DNA of 64,000 nt from an uncultured Actinomycetes bacterium (GTDB lineage Bacteria; Actinomycetota; Thermoleophilia; UBA2241): NCBI GenBank assembly GCA_963725665.1, contig CAVRZA010000006.1:224001-288000 (forward strand), in the 5' to 3' direction. This document shows, piece after piece, positions 39,081-49,437 of the stretch. The notes under the pieces are model-generated. The model worked only from the letters and a program-made list of their open reading frames with translations. It was not told the DNA's origin and searched no databases. The position numbers and the translations under genes are program-made. The first letter of the stretch is position 1. The number at the start of each line of letters is the position of its first letter.

Positions 39081-41537
39081 TCAGTCGACACACTCCGCGA
39101 CTCTGAGTCGACCGGCGATCAGGCGGCGACACTCCTCGCCCGGCTGCGGCCGGCCAAGGAGGTAGCCCTGCGCGGCGTCGCAGCCGAGCTCGCGCAAGAA
39201 GGCCAGCTGCTCCGCTGTCTCGACCCCCTCGGCCACCGCACCTAGCCCGAGGCTCTCGCTCAGACCGACGACGCCGGAGACGATCGCCCCCGCCCCCTCG
39301 TCGTCGCAAAGGCGCGCCACGAAGGAGCGGTCGATCTTGACACGGTCGATAGGCAGTCGGTGGAGACGGCTCAAAGAGGAGTAGCCCGTGCCGAAGTCAT
39401 CCAGGGCGACGGTCACGCCCATGTCGTGCAGCTCGCCCAGCAGTCTGGCAGCAAGCTGTTCGTCGGCCATGATGGCCGTCTCAGTGAGCTCCAGCTCGAG
39501 CTGTTGTGGGGCAAGGCCGCTCGCCTCTAGGGCCGCCGTGATCGAGCGCACAAGGCCGGGTCGCTGCAAGCGCCGGGCCGAGACGTTGACGGCCAGGCGC
39601 AGTGGGCGGGCCGCGAGATCCCGCCAGAGCGAAGCTTCGTGACAGGCCATCTGCAGCACCCAGTCGTCCAGCGAGGCAAGCAGGCCGATCTCTTCCGCGA
39701 CGGGGATGAACTCGCCCGCCGCGAGCAGGCCACGCGCGGGGTGCTGCCAGCGTAGGAGGGCCTCCAGGGCCACGATCTCGCCGCTGCCGAGCTCCACCAC
39801 GGGTTGGTAGTGGAGGGTGAACTCGCCCCGCTCCAGGGCGGCGCGCAGCTCATGCTCCAGTGTCAGCCGTTCGCCTGCCCGGGGGTTCATGGCAGCGTCA
39901 TAGAAGCGGCAGCTGTCGCCGCCAACCGCCTTCGCCCGGCGCATCGCCGTGTCGGCGTTCTCTAGCAGCGTCTGGGCATCGCCAGCGTCGGCCGGGTAGA
40001 AGGCGACGCCGGCACTGACCGTAGTAAAGAAGGCATGCCCCTCGACTTCCCAGGGCTCGCGGAAGGCGGCGAGGATCTTCTCCGCGACCAGGGGCACGTC
40101 CTTGGACCTACGCAGCCCGGGCATGAGGACAGCGAACTCGTCGCCGCCGGAGCGTGCCACTGTGTCGCCGGTGCGCACCGTCTCGCTCAGGCGAGCCGCA
40201 ACACGCTGCAGGAGAGCATCGGCGGCGGCCTGACCGATGGTGTCGTTGACGTCCTTGAAGCGGTCCAGGTCGACCACGATGAGCGCCACCCTGTAGCCAT
40301 CCCGCTCCGCTACGTCGATCGCCTGCCGCGCGCGGTCGCGCAGCAGGCCTCGGTTGGGCAGGCCCGTGAGCGCATCGTGGAAGGCCAGCCGCTCGATCAG
40401 GTCCTCGGCTCGCTTGCGGTCGCTAAGATCGGTGACCACAGCGATTGCGCCACTCACCTCGCGCCTCGAGCCCAGAAGCGGGGAGGCGGTGAGATTGATC
40501 CAGCGCTCCTCATCTCCGGCGCCGCGATAGGGGCCTTCGTAGGAGCCCACACCGCCGGCCAGCGCCTCGCCTATCGCCGCCGTGGCGCGCTGATCGAGCG
40601 CGCGTCGCTGGTCGAGACCGAGAAGCTCTTCCCGCGACAAGCAGGCGAGGGACGCGAAGCTCTCGTTGCAGTCACTGATGCCCAGATTCCGGTCGAAGAG
40701 GACGATGCCCAGCGGAGAGCGCTCAAAGAGTGTGCGCCGATGATGTTCGGAGGCCTTGAGCGCGGCCTTGACGTGCCTGCGCTCGGCCTCGGCCTTGCGG
40801 CGTGCGGCGATGTCGCTCTCCAGGTCGGCGGCTGTTCTCTGCAGCGCCCTCACCGTCCACTCAAGAGTGCTCGCCACCAGCCAGGCGACGATAGCGATGC
40901 CGAAGTAGGCGAGGGCAACCTGGAGCTCGAGCAGCCGCTCGCCGCCGTGGAATGCGTTCAGGGCTGCAAAAGAGGCCGCCGAGACGCCCGCCATGGGGAA
41001 GGTCGCCCAGGGCCGCAGAACGAAGGCCGCCACGACCACGGGCTCGACGAAGAGGATCTCGATGCGCTGCGGAGCGGTGTAGAGAAAGAAGACGTCCAGC
41101 CCGAACGACAGCAGGGCCAGGTGAGCCACCGCCGCCAGGGTGACGCGGCCACGACGGTTGATCAGCCAGATGGTGACGATGGCCGCGCAGAAGGCGAGGT
41201 CGGTGAGCAGGTCATAGACGGCGTTGGCGGCGCCGGCGATGAGCCATCCCCAGGTGTCGAAGACTGCGAAGCCGAGCCCCATGGGCAGCAGAGCGACGAG
41301 CAGGACGGCGAGGATCTGGCCGCGGCGACGTTGGTCTGCGTTGTCGGTCGAGACGCGTACGATCTCGGCGGCGATCAGCCTCAGGGTACGCCTCGAGACC
41401 GCCTGCCAGGGCAAAGCATCGCCGGCCAGGGCTCCGGCTCTCAATGCGTCGTTAGTCACGCACGCTCTCCCGCCATGGGGCAACTCGTCGCCCGGCGCGA
41501 GCCCTAGCGACATGCGGCCGCGCCAAGTGCAAGTCAA
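39081..41537 (-). CDS. membrane PAS-GGDEF-EAL diguanylate cyclase/phosphodiesterase
   Basis: TM region, PAS, SGGDEF, EALLRW, DDFGTGYSS, KIDRSF, EGVE; start uncertain. Confidence 0.93.
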   Translation of the reverse strand: MTCTWRGRMSLGLAPGDELPHGGRACVTNDALRAGALAGDALPWQAVSRRTLRLIAAEIVRVSTDNADQRRRGQILAVLLVALLPMGLGFAVFDTWGWLIAGAANAVYDLLTDLAFCAAIVTIWLINRRGRVTLAAVAHLALLSFGLDVFFLYTAPQRIEILFVEPVVVAAFVLRPWATFPMAGVSAASFAALNAFHGGERLLELQVALAYFGIAIVAWLVASTLEWTVRALQRTAADLESDIAARRKAEAERRHVKAALKASEHHRRTLFERSPLGIVLFDRNLGISDCNESFASLACLSREELLGLDQRRALDQRATAAIGEALAGGVGSYEGPYRGAGDEERWINLTASPLLGSRREVSGAIAVVTDLSDRKRAEDLIERLAFHDALTGLPNRGLLRDRARQAIDVAERDGYRVALIVVDLDRFKDVNDTIGQAAADALLQRVAARLSETVRTGDTVARSGGDEFAVLMPGLRRSKDVPLVAEKILAAFREPWEVEGHAFFTTVSAGVAFYPADAGDAQTLLENADTAMRRAKAVGGDSCRFYDAAMNPRAGERLTLEHELRAALERGEFTLHYQPVVELGSGEIVALEALLRWQHPARGLLAAGEFIPVAEEIGLLASLDDWVLQMACHEASLWRDLAARPLRLAVNVSARRLQRPGLVRSITAALEASGLAPQQLELELTETAIMADEQLAARLLGELHDMGVTVALDDFGTGYSSLSRLHRLPIDRVKIDRSFVARLCDDEGAGAIVSGVVGLSESLGLGAVAEGVETAEQLAFLRELGCDAAQGYLLGRPQPGEECRRLIAGRLRVAECVD

Positions 41538-41619
41538 CCCTGTCTCGGTCTCTCACATCCTCCTCCTGGTGGCTCAATCGGCTGCACGCTCGCCGGGGGG
41601 GAGGGAACGTTCGTCCAGT

Positions 41620-41736
41620 TGTGCCCCCTCTCGATCGCGCGACGCAGGTCCGACTCCAGGGAGAGACGCTCGATGGCCGCGGTATGCCTGCTCGACTCGA
41701 ACACCTTGAGGCGGCCCTTGCTGTTGGGCTTGGCCA
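41620..41736 (-). pseudogene. GGDEF-EAL linker remnant
   Basis: AK...KGRLKVFE....AAIERLSLESDLRRAIERG isolated in an intergenic region. Confidence 0.55.
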
Positions 41737-41837
41737 CGCAGCGACGAGAATCCGTGGCGGCCCGGGCCGGCTGCGTGATAGCCTTTGCGGGCCTAGGAGC
41801 AGGTAAGGGGGGCTCTTTGCGGGCCGTTGCCGAATTC

Positions 41838-43034
41838 ATGGAGATCGTCGCTGCAGCCAACGCTATGCCCGAGGTGAGGGTCATTCAGGGCGCCTCGACC
41901 GAGCCTGTGGTTACCGTCGATGGTCGCGAGGTGCTGCTCTTCTGTTCGAGCAACTACCTTGGCCTTGCCACCCACGCCGAGATCAAGCAGGCGGTCATCG
42001 ATGCGGTGGAGGAGTACGGCCTCGGAGCCAACGGCTCGCGCCTGGTCTCGGGGACCACTGACCTCCATCTCGCCCTCGAGGAAGCCACGGCAGACTACAA
42101 AGGGACGGAGGCGGCGATCGCCTTCTCCACCGGCTTCATGGCCAACACGGGTACCATCCCCGCCTTAGCCTACGTCCCCTACTTCGCCCGCATGGCGGGC
42201 TTGCCCCTGCACTCGGCGACCTCCGAGATGGCTATCCTGAGCGACGTCCTGAACCACGCCAGCGTCGTCGAAGGCTGCCGCGCGGCGCGGGCCAAGCACG
42301 TGCACTACGCCCACTGCGACCTAGACGACCTCACTGACAAGCTGCGCCACAACTGGGGCGCTCGCCTGCTCATCGTCACTGACGGCGTCTTTTCGATGGA
42401 CGGCGACATCGCCCCCCTGCCGGGCATCCTCAGCCTGGCGGAGGAGTACGGCGCCACGCTGCTGCTAGACGATGCCCACGCCACCGGTGTGCTCGGCTCA
42501 AACGGTCGCGGCACGCTGGAGCACTTCGGCCTTGAGAGCAGCGCCAACGTGCTGCAGATGGGCACCTACTCGAAATCGTTCGGCGCCCTGGGGGGGTTCG
42601 TCGGGGCCGACCGACAAACCGTGGACTACCTTCGGGTGGCGGCGGGCACCTACATGTTCTCGGGTGCGTTGCCGCCTTGCCTCGCTGCCGGCATCATCAA
42701 GTCGATGGAGGTCGCGCAGCGCGAGCCGCAGCGCCGCGTCAGGCTGTGGCGCAACCGCGACTACCTCGCCGGCAGCCTCGAGAATCTCGGCTTCGACACC
42801 CTAGGCAGCGAGACGCCCATAGTGCCCCTCTTCATCGGCGATGACGAGGCGGCGACGGCCATCTCCTGTGAGCTCTTCGAGCGCGGCATCTTCGCGCCCT
42901 CTGTCCGCTGGCCCGCCGTCGCGCGCGGCCAGAGCAGGGTGCGCATCACGCTGATGGCAAGCCACGAGCGCGGCCACCTCGACCGGCTGATTGAAGCGCT
43001 GGCCGACCTCGGTGCGAAGTACGGCGTGCTGTAG
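41838..43034 (+). CDS. class II PLP alpha-oxoamine synthase (BioF/AONS-like)
   Basis: SSNYLGLA, NHAS, TDGVFSMDGD, DDAH, GTYSK. Confidence 0.88.
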   Translation: MEIVAAANAMPEVRVIQGASTEPVVTVDGREVLLFCSSNYLGLATHAEIKQAVIDAVEEYGLGANGSRLVSGTTDLHLALEEATADYKGTEAAIAFSTGFMANTGTIPALAYVPYFARMAGLPLHSATSEMAILSDVLNHASVVEGCRAARAKHVHYAHCDLDDLTDKLRHNWGARLLIVTDGVFSMDGDIAPLPGILSLAEEYGATLLLDDAHATGVLGSNGRGTLEHFGLESSANVLQMGTYSKSFGALGGFVGADRQTVDYLRVAAGTYMFSGALPPCLAAGIIKSMEVAQREPQRRVRLWRNRDYLAGSLENLGFDTLGSETPIVPLFIGDDEAATAISCELFERGIFAPSVRWPAVARGQSRVRITLMASHERGHLDRLIEALADLGAKYGVL

Positions 43035-43623
43035 TTCGCACGACGCGTTGTCGCCGCTAGGCCGTCTCTGCAAGACGGGCGTAATCAAGCCTCTCACTTA
43101 CTGGCTGCCGCCGGGCCTTCGGCAGATGCCCTGCAGTTATCTGCGGCGTCGGCCCGGCTCGCCCTTCCGCCGATGCTCCTCTCGGCGCCGGCCTGCAAAG
43201 TCATGCCTAGAGAAGTCGCTGCCGATACTTCGCAGTGTGATGCTGGGCGAACTCAGCTTGCCGAGCGCGGTGGCGAGGGGCAGCACTCGAACGGTCGCGG
43301 CCTTGAATAACTGAGCCGGCCGAGCCTGAGGCCCGGTCTGGTCGCGCCCACTCTGACGCCGCTCGCCCGGCCACAGAGAGATAGCCCATGCCGGTCGGTC
43401 CGCCGCGTCGCCAAGGTGCCTGGGTCCGAGTCTCGCATCGGACGCCGAGTCAGCGGTTCCAGGCAGATCTCTGGCTCAGCCGACGCACCGCCGACGCTGC
43501 ACGTCCGGCGCGACGGCTGCACCTTACTGCTGCTTCTCGGTCGGCGCCGGCGCGTTGCCGACGCCAGGCCGAGATCGACGCCGGATTCCGCAGCGACGCC
43601 GAGGCGGGCAATGAAGAGCATCG

Positions 43624-44628
43624 TCAGCCAGCGCCCCCGACCGCGCCGCCTCCCTCTCCGCCGAAGAGTGGCGCACAGACCGCGGCGATGTGCGCGATGT
43701 GGCGGTGATCGGTGCCGCAGCACCCGCCGAACACGTTCAGCTGCGGCAGCCGCCACTTTAGCCGCGCGTACTCGCGGCCCAGTTCCTCGGGATCGCCCGC
43801 GTCGGGCTCAGCCAGTGCGTCGAGCTCAGCGTGGCTCAGACGCGAAGCGTTCGCCCGCAGCCCCCGGACCCTCTCCACCCACGATCCGCCGTCGGTCAGC
43901 ACGGCCTCGAAATGGCTGGGGTGCGCGCAGTTGACCATGTAGTAGCTTGGGTACGCCGAGGTGGCCTCGTCGACCTGCTCGACCGCCCCCTTCAGCGACT
44001 GGCCGGTCGCGAGCCTGCCGTCGGTCTCGACGGTGAACGAGATCGCGACTGGCATCCCCGCTCCCTCGGCCGCCGAGACGATACCCACCGCCTCCTCGGC
44101 ATTGTCGATGGTCAGGGCGCCGATCATGTCGGCGGCGGCGCCCGCAAAGGTCTCGATCTGCTCCCGGTGATAGGCCTCGGCCTCTCTCTCGGACATCGCC
44201 GAGGCCGGGTCGTAGCCGCCGCCGCGAGGACCCAGGCACCCGCTGATCACCACCTCGGTCCTCCGGTCCTCGCGCTCATCCCGGACCTGTTCGTACTCCT
44301 CCCGCACCTCCTCGAGGAGCCGGACCGCCTTCAGGTTCACGCCCCTCAGCGTCTCGCGCGTGAAGCCGAGCCTCGCCCCCCAGTCCGCGCTGGCTCGCCA
44401 CGTCGCGCTCTCGAGGACCAGCCCGGCGCGGGAGCGCCGTGCGATCTCGCCGTACGTGCTGAAGTACCTGCGCAGCGCCGCCTCGCCCTCCGGCGTCGAG
44501 AGCAGCGGGAAGACGGCGAACTCCGGTAAGTCCAGCCCTTCGTGGGCAATCATACTGGTCTCGATGCCACCGTCCGTCAGGAACAGGCGTCCGCCCAACT
44601 GCGGCAGCGCGTACCGGTACCTCGCCAT
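43624..44628 (-). CDS. homocysteine S-methyltransferase family protein
   Basis: LTDGGIET, VNCAHP, GGCCGTD. Confidence 0.9.
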   Translation of the reverse strand: MARYRYALPQLGGRLFLTDGGIETSMIAHEGLDLPEFAVFPLLSTPEGEAALRRYFSTYGEIARRSRAGLVLESATWRASADWGARLGFTRETLRGVNLKAVRLLEEVREEYEQVRDEREDRRTEVVISGCLGPRGGGYDPASAMSEREAEAYHREQIETFAGAAADMIGALTIDNAEEAVGIVSAAEGAGMPVAISFTVETDGRLATGQSLKGAVEQVDEATSAYPSYYMVNCAHPSHFEAVLTDGGSWVERVRGLRANASRLSHAELDALAEPDAGDPEELGREYARLKWRLPQLNVFGGCCGTDHRHIAHIAAVCAPLFGGEGGGAVGGAG

Positions 44629-44761
44629 GAGACCCCTCCCGCTCGCCACTACGCCCTCCCTGCTTCGGGATCCGGCTCGTTTGGACGCTCCGGAACAGGC
44701 TGCTGCGCGTGCAGCGCCAGCTCCTCTCCGAGATCGGTCGTGATCCGCTCAGAGTCCGTCC

Positions 44762-45493
44762 TCAGAAGACTTGCGTCAGCGTCTCATCGACGCCGGCGAT
44801 GAGCTGCCGCACTGCCTTGCGAGCCGGTCTGCGCTTGTTGTCGCGCATGCAGAGATCGCCCACCTCGGCGAGATGCTCGATGCGGCGCCACCGTGGCCGG
44901 GGATAGACACCAGCCTTCATGAGGGCCCGATTGAGCTTGCCTACGCCCGGCGTCTTCTTCTTGACGGTGACGTTGTGGTGGCGCGCCACTGCCAGCAGGT
45001 GGCGTTCCAGGGCGAGGTGCGCGAGCGTACCTGCCGCCCGGCGCTGGCCTCTTCTGAGAAGCGCCCGCGCGGCGGCCAGGTCGGTGTCTAAGAACCCGCC
45101 CTGTGGCTCGAGCAGCGGCAGGGCTGAGGCGAGGATAGCGAGCTGGATACCGAGCAGGTGGAGAAAGGTCTGCGTCATGCCGGGGTCAAACAGCAGCGCA
45201 AGGCCGCCTCCTTGCTCGGCCGGCGTTGGCGCGCTGCTCGGGCCGCTCAGGATGTCCGAGATGGTGGTCGGCCGTCCTTCGCCACCACGCCTGGAGCGGT
45301 AGTAGGCGGCGAACTCGCGGCGGCGCTCGGGTACGACCTGACGCACCGCGCGCAGCGCCTGCGTATACCAGCCCTGGTAGCTGTCGTTGACGACGCGCGG
45401 GTCGAGATTCTCAGCCACGATACGCTGGGACAGCTCTCTGCCCATCGCCATGAGCTTGCCTACCTCATCGCGCAGCAAGCCTCTCACCTCCAT
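44762..45493 (-). CDS. HEPN/DUF4145-like protein with degenerate active site
   Basis: YQGWYTQAL..V....PER..EF...Y; RAAG..A..ALERHL...WRRIEHLAEVGDLC. Confidence 0.55.
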   Translation of the reverse strand: MEVRGLLRDEVGKLMAMGRELSQRIVAENLDPRVVNDSYQGWYTQALRAVRQVVPERRREFAAYYRSRRGGEGRPTTISDILSGPSSAPTPAEQGGGLALLFDPGMTQTFLHLLGIQLAILASALPLLEPQGGFLDTDLAAARALLRRGQRRAAGTLAHLALERHLLAVARHHNVTVKKKTPGVGKLNRALMKAGVYPRPRWRRIEHLAEVGDLCMRDNKRRPARKAVRQLIAGVDETLTQVF

Positions 45494-45786
45494 CAGGATG
45501 CTCTCCGCTCGCAGCCAGTGTACAGGCGGCGAGGTCGGCTGGCCTTCACGGCCCAGAGTACCGCTTCGGGATTGCTGGAGGTCAGCCAGTCTTCCACGGC
45601 CAGCATCGACGCTGCACTGAGCCAGCTCCGCCGACGCTGCGCCGACCGACACTGCGCCGACCGGACGCACCACACAGGTTCGTCTCTCGCCTGAATCCCG
45701 TGCTTCCGGTGCGCCGTCCGGCGTTGCCTGACGAGCGCCCCCAGAGCGACGCTGGTTCACACCAGACACGCGTCAAGGGGAAGCGC

Positions 45787-47020
45787 ATGCAGGGCCACAT
45801 CCGCCGCCGAGGACCACACAGCTACGAGTACATCGTCGATGTGGGCACCGCAGCGGCGCAGCGCTGCCAGAGCTGCGGCAAGCGGTTCTGGGTCGAGCGT
45901 AAGCCCAAGGAGAGCTGTCCCTCCTGCGGCGGCAGGCTCATTGAGACCGAGGAGCGCCGCCGCGAGACCAAGGCCGGCTTTGCCACGCGCAAGGAGTGCC
46001 AGGCGGCCATGGCCAAGGTGCTGGTGGCGGTCGAGGAGAGAAGCTACGTCGTGCCCACCAAGGTCACCGTGCGCGAGTTCCTGCAGAAGGAGTGGCTGCC
46101 GGCCATCCGCTCCACGATCAGGCCGACGACCTACCGCTCCTACGTGCAGCACGTCGAGTGTCACATCGTGCCCCACATCGGCAGCGTGAAGCTGGAGAAG
46201 CTCAGCGGAGCGACGATCAACGCCCTCTACGCCAAGCTCGCCCAGAGCGGCAAGACGAACGGCACGAAGCGGCCTCTCGGCGCTCTCCATCCGCCACGTG
46301 CACGCCGTCCTGCACCGGGCACTCAAGGACGCCGTCAGATGGGGTCGGCTCTCGCGCAACCCCATCGAGGCCGCCGACCCACCCAGAGTGAATGGCTCTG
46401 GTCACGAGATGAGGACCTGGAGCGCCGAGCAGCTGGCGGCCTTCCTTGCGGCAACCAAAGACGATCGCCTGCACGCCCTCTGGCACCTGCTCGCCCTGAC
46501 CGGCCTGAGAAGGGGCGAGGCCCTGGCGCTCACCTGGGACGACGTCGACCTCGAGGCAGGATCGCTCTCGGTCAGACGGGCGCTGATCCCCAACGGCAGA
46601 GAGGTGGTCGTCTGCGAGCCCAAGACGGCTCGCGGACGCAGAGTGGTCGCCTTGGACCCGCAGACGATCGAGGTGCTCAAGGGCCAGGCCGCCCGTCAGC
46701 TCGTGGAGCAGGCGAAGGCCAAGAGCTGGACCGACACGGGCTTGATCTTCACGCGCGAGGACGGCGAGGCGCTGCACCCCGAGGTCGTCAGTCGCTTCTT
46801 CCGTCAGGCGGTCAAGAGAGCCGCACTGCCGACGATCCGCCTGCACGACCTGCGCCACACCCACGCCACCCTCGCCCTGCGCGCCGGCATCCATCCAAAG
46901 GTGGTCTCCGAGCGCCTCGGGCACGCCACCGTCTCCATCACCCTCGACACCTACTCGCACGCCATCCCGGCGATGCAGGAAGAGGCCGCGACGAGGATCG
47001 CCGAGCTCGTGTTCGGCTAG
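45787..47020 (+). CDS. tyrosine integrase with a Zn-ribbon insertion in the arm-binding domain; frameshift near 46270
   Basis: CQSC...CPSC, TGLRRGE, PKT, HDLRH, LGH...TLDTY. Confidence 0.9.
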
Positions 47021-47077
47021 CGCCTCGTCAAGACCGGCCCGTTGGGCATCGCGTGACACGCCCTCGCGCAGCAGCGA

Positions 47078-47104
47078 TCAGGGGTTCGAATCCCCTGCGG
47101 TCCA
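47078..47104 (+). repeat. tRNA-Ala 3' fragment (27 bp), att-like
   Basis: TCAGGGGTTCGAATCCCCTGCGGTCCA, 26/27 identical to 20299-20325; starts 58 bp after the integrase stop. Confidence 0.85.
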
Positions 47105-47317
47105 ACCGAGCCGGCGTCATCTGCGCCGCGGGGTATTGCGATCGGCGAAAGAGCGAACACCCGCGAGAGGCCACGTTCTGGGGAGGCAGATTCTCATTGC
47201 CGCGGCCGAGCGGCTGACGCTTCGCGGTCAACACCTTCTCGACCGGCACATGCAGTCGCTGGCTGGTGCTTGTGAGGTGCGGACGAAACGAGTCCGTTGC
47301 AGACGATTGCCGGTGAT

Positions 47318-47770
47318 CTATGGACCGATTTCGATACCCACTCCGCAGTTCTCGATTCGGTTGTCCGAGAACTGACTGTGTCCAATCCACAGCGAAGTGC
47401 TGTCCCCGTGGATGTCGAAACCGAGAGGCCGCAGATCAAGCCAGGAGACGACGGCTGAATCCTCACCAACTTCTCTTGCCGTCAGCACTTTTGTTTGAGC
47501 GGCGAAGATCTCCAAGGTGCCCTCTGATGTCTTGCTCACATGAACGTCAGAAAGCTGAGATTCGTTGTCTACAACGACGGAAAGCCACTGCTTTGGGTCA
47601 CCGCTAACTGGTGCTGAGAGCCACACACGCGGTCCATTACCCTTGCCAACAAGCAGGGGAGCATGACCTGCCACTTCAACAGCAACCGGGGTGTTCACGA
47701 AGTGGTTGCCGCAGAACTGCAATTCTCTGTAGGGCACGTGATCGACGGGAGAGTTCTCAGTCCTGTTCAT
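47318..47770 (-). CDS. hypothetical beta-rich protein
   Basis: Overlaps the upstream ORF; visibly more A/T-rich than the flanks. Confidence 0.6.
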   Translation of the reverse strand: MNRTENSPVDHVPYRELQFCGNHFVNTPVAVEVAGHAPLLVGKGNGPRVWLSAPVSGDPKQWLSVVVDNESQLSDVHVSKTSEGTLEIFAAQTKVLTAREVGEDSAVVSWLDLRPLGFDIHGDSTSLWIGHSQFSDNRIENCGVGIEIGP

Positions 47771-48200
47771 CGACCCGTCTCACGATCAGATGCTCCGGTG
47801 GATGGCTCTCAAAGTGCGCCTTCATCTTCTTCAGCAATGCCCGTTTCTCGTTGGGCACCAAGCGAGAGATGATAAAGAGAATGCACGCGACGGCGACTCC
47901 GAGGCCCAGCGCCCAGTACTCCCAGTTCTGCACCGTCACCGTCGTGTGACTCCACCAGCCGGACATGAGTTTCGCAGCTATTGAGAAGCCCCAACCCAGG
48001 GACAACAGCAGGCATGCGAGGGCTGCGTCTTTGAACCACGATCCTTGCGCGGTTAGCCGAACGTAGTCTGCTTCGCACAGCGCGAACGTGCACTGGAGTG
48101 AGCGGACAATCGGCTCGACGCCAACGTCCGCGACGAGCCCATAGGTCCGCGTGATGGTCTGGCCTTCAACTCTAACACCGTCTGTCGGCACCAAGTCCAC
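47757..48200 (-). CDS. hypothetical 2-TM membrane protein
   Basis: Two hydrophobic segments; RBS GGAG; more A/T-rich than the flanks. Confidence 0.65.
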   Translation of the reverse strand: MDLVPTDGVRVEGQTITRTYGLVADVGVEPIVRSLQCTFALCEADYVRLTAQGSWFKDAALACLLLSLGWGFSIAAKLMSGWWSHTTVTVQNWEYWALGLGVAVACILFIISRLVPNEKRALLKKMKAHFESHPPEHLIVRRVDEQD

Positions 48201-48377
48201 CTGACTCCATGGTGGGCGTCTGGCACTGATAGTTCAGCCAGCGCAACCGGACAGAGGAGCGTCGTCCACCTTGACTTTTAGCCTACTCCAAGTCCTGCCT
48301 TTGCGCAGCGGCACCTGGCAGATGCGCCAAAGCTTGGCCGTCCCACGGGGCACCGCCCCTGCCGCCTCACTCGTCGC

Positions 48378-48960
48378 TCAGCCGGTCCCGAGGCCGAGCC
48401 TCTCGGCCATGGACCGGCCCAGGGCCCGCGCCTCGGCCATGAGCTGCGCGTCGGCGGCGGCGTCGCCCGGGCTTGTCCGCGCAGCCGCCCAGGCTTACGA
48501 CGGGCAGCTCCTCCGGGTTCGACAGGGCCACGAAGCGGCGCATGGCGGCCAGGGTGTCGTCGAGACCGGTCTCCGCGGCGACGGCGATCAGGCCGACGAC
48601 CTTCGGAGTCAGCCACTGGTCGTGGTAGTAGCGGGTCGCGTTGCGGTCGATGAACGTCTTCATCTGGCCCGAGACGTTCTCGTAGTAGACCGGCGAGGCC
48701 AGGATGAGGCCGTCGGCCGCGTACACCTGCTCGAGGACGCCGGCCATGTCGTCGTCGTGCGGGCACGCCGCCCGCTCGCCGCAGTTCTCGTGCCCGTCGC
48801 AGGCGTCGATGCGCAGTGCGGCGAGCGTGATTCGCGTGCAGCGGCAGCCGCAGCGCTCAAGCTCCTTAAGGGCGGCGTCGACGAGGGCGACGGTGTTGCC
48901 CTGGCGATGCGGACTGCCGATGACGGCGACGACGTGGGGCTGAGAGTCGGTAGCGCACAT
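48378..48960 (-). CDS. flavodoxin / iron-sulfur flavoprotein family; frameshift near the C-terminus
   Basis: GSPHRQGNT, CDGHENC....C..DDDM, ASPVY...SGQMKTFIDR. Confidence 0.85.
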
Positions 48961-49139
48961 GTGGGGACCTCCACGTGATCGCCGGATGGGGTGAGCACGA
49001 GAGGCGAACGACCGAGACGAGGCCGCGCACCCGGCGTGCTGCTCGAGGCTACAGGGGGGCAGCACGCGAGGCAAGCGCGGGCCACCGCGCGGACGGTCGC
49101 GCCTCACCAAGAGCATCCCGGAGCTCGTCTTTGCCGAAG

Positions 49140-49437
49140 TGTGGGGTCCCAGTACCCGTGTTACAGATCAATCACTCTGCTGCAGCAACGCTTACGAGAC
49201 CTCCCTTTGGAGCGCTTTCGTATGTGCGTGGCCTGCCCTTGGCGATGGCGAAGGCGCCTTGGATCTTGTCGGGGTCGTGGCGGGCGGCGTGCGTGCGCAG
49301 GATCCTGCCGGCCAGCGAGATCTGCACCGTCTCGCCCACGAGGCGGACCTCGACGCGGGCGGCGCGATGGCGCCGCCCCACGGGGTAACCTCCACCAGAC
49401 ACTGATGCTGAACTGCGAGCAGGTTCGAGCTGCACCG
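49140..49437 (-). mobile_element. IS481-like remnant (transposase C-terminus plus terminal sequence)
   Basis: VGR......VEVRL....VQI...GR.LRTH..RHD..K..GA....GRPR; terminus ...GTAACACGGGTACTGGGACCCCACA. Confidence 0.55.
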
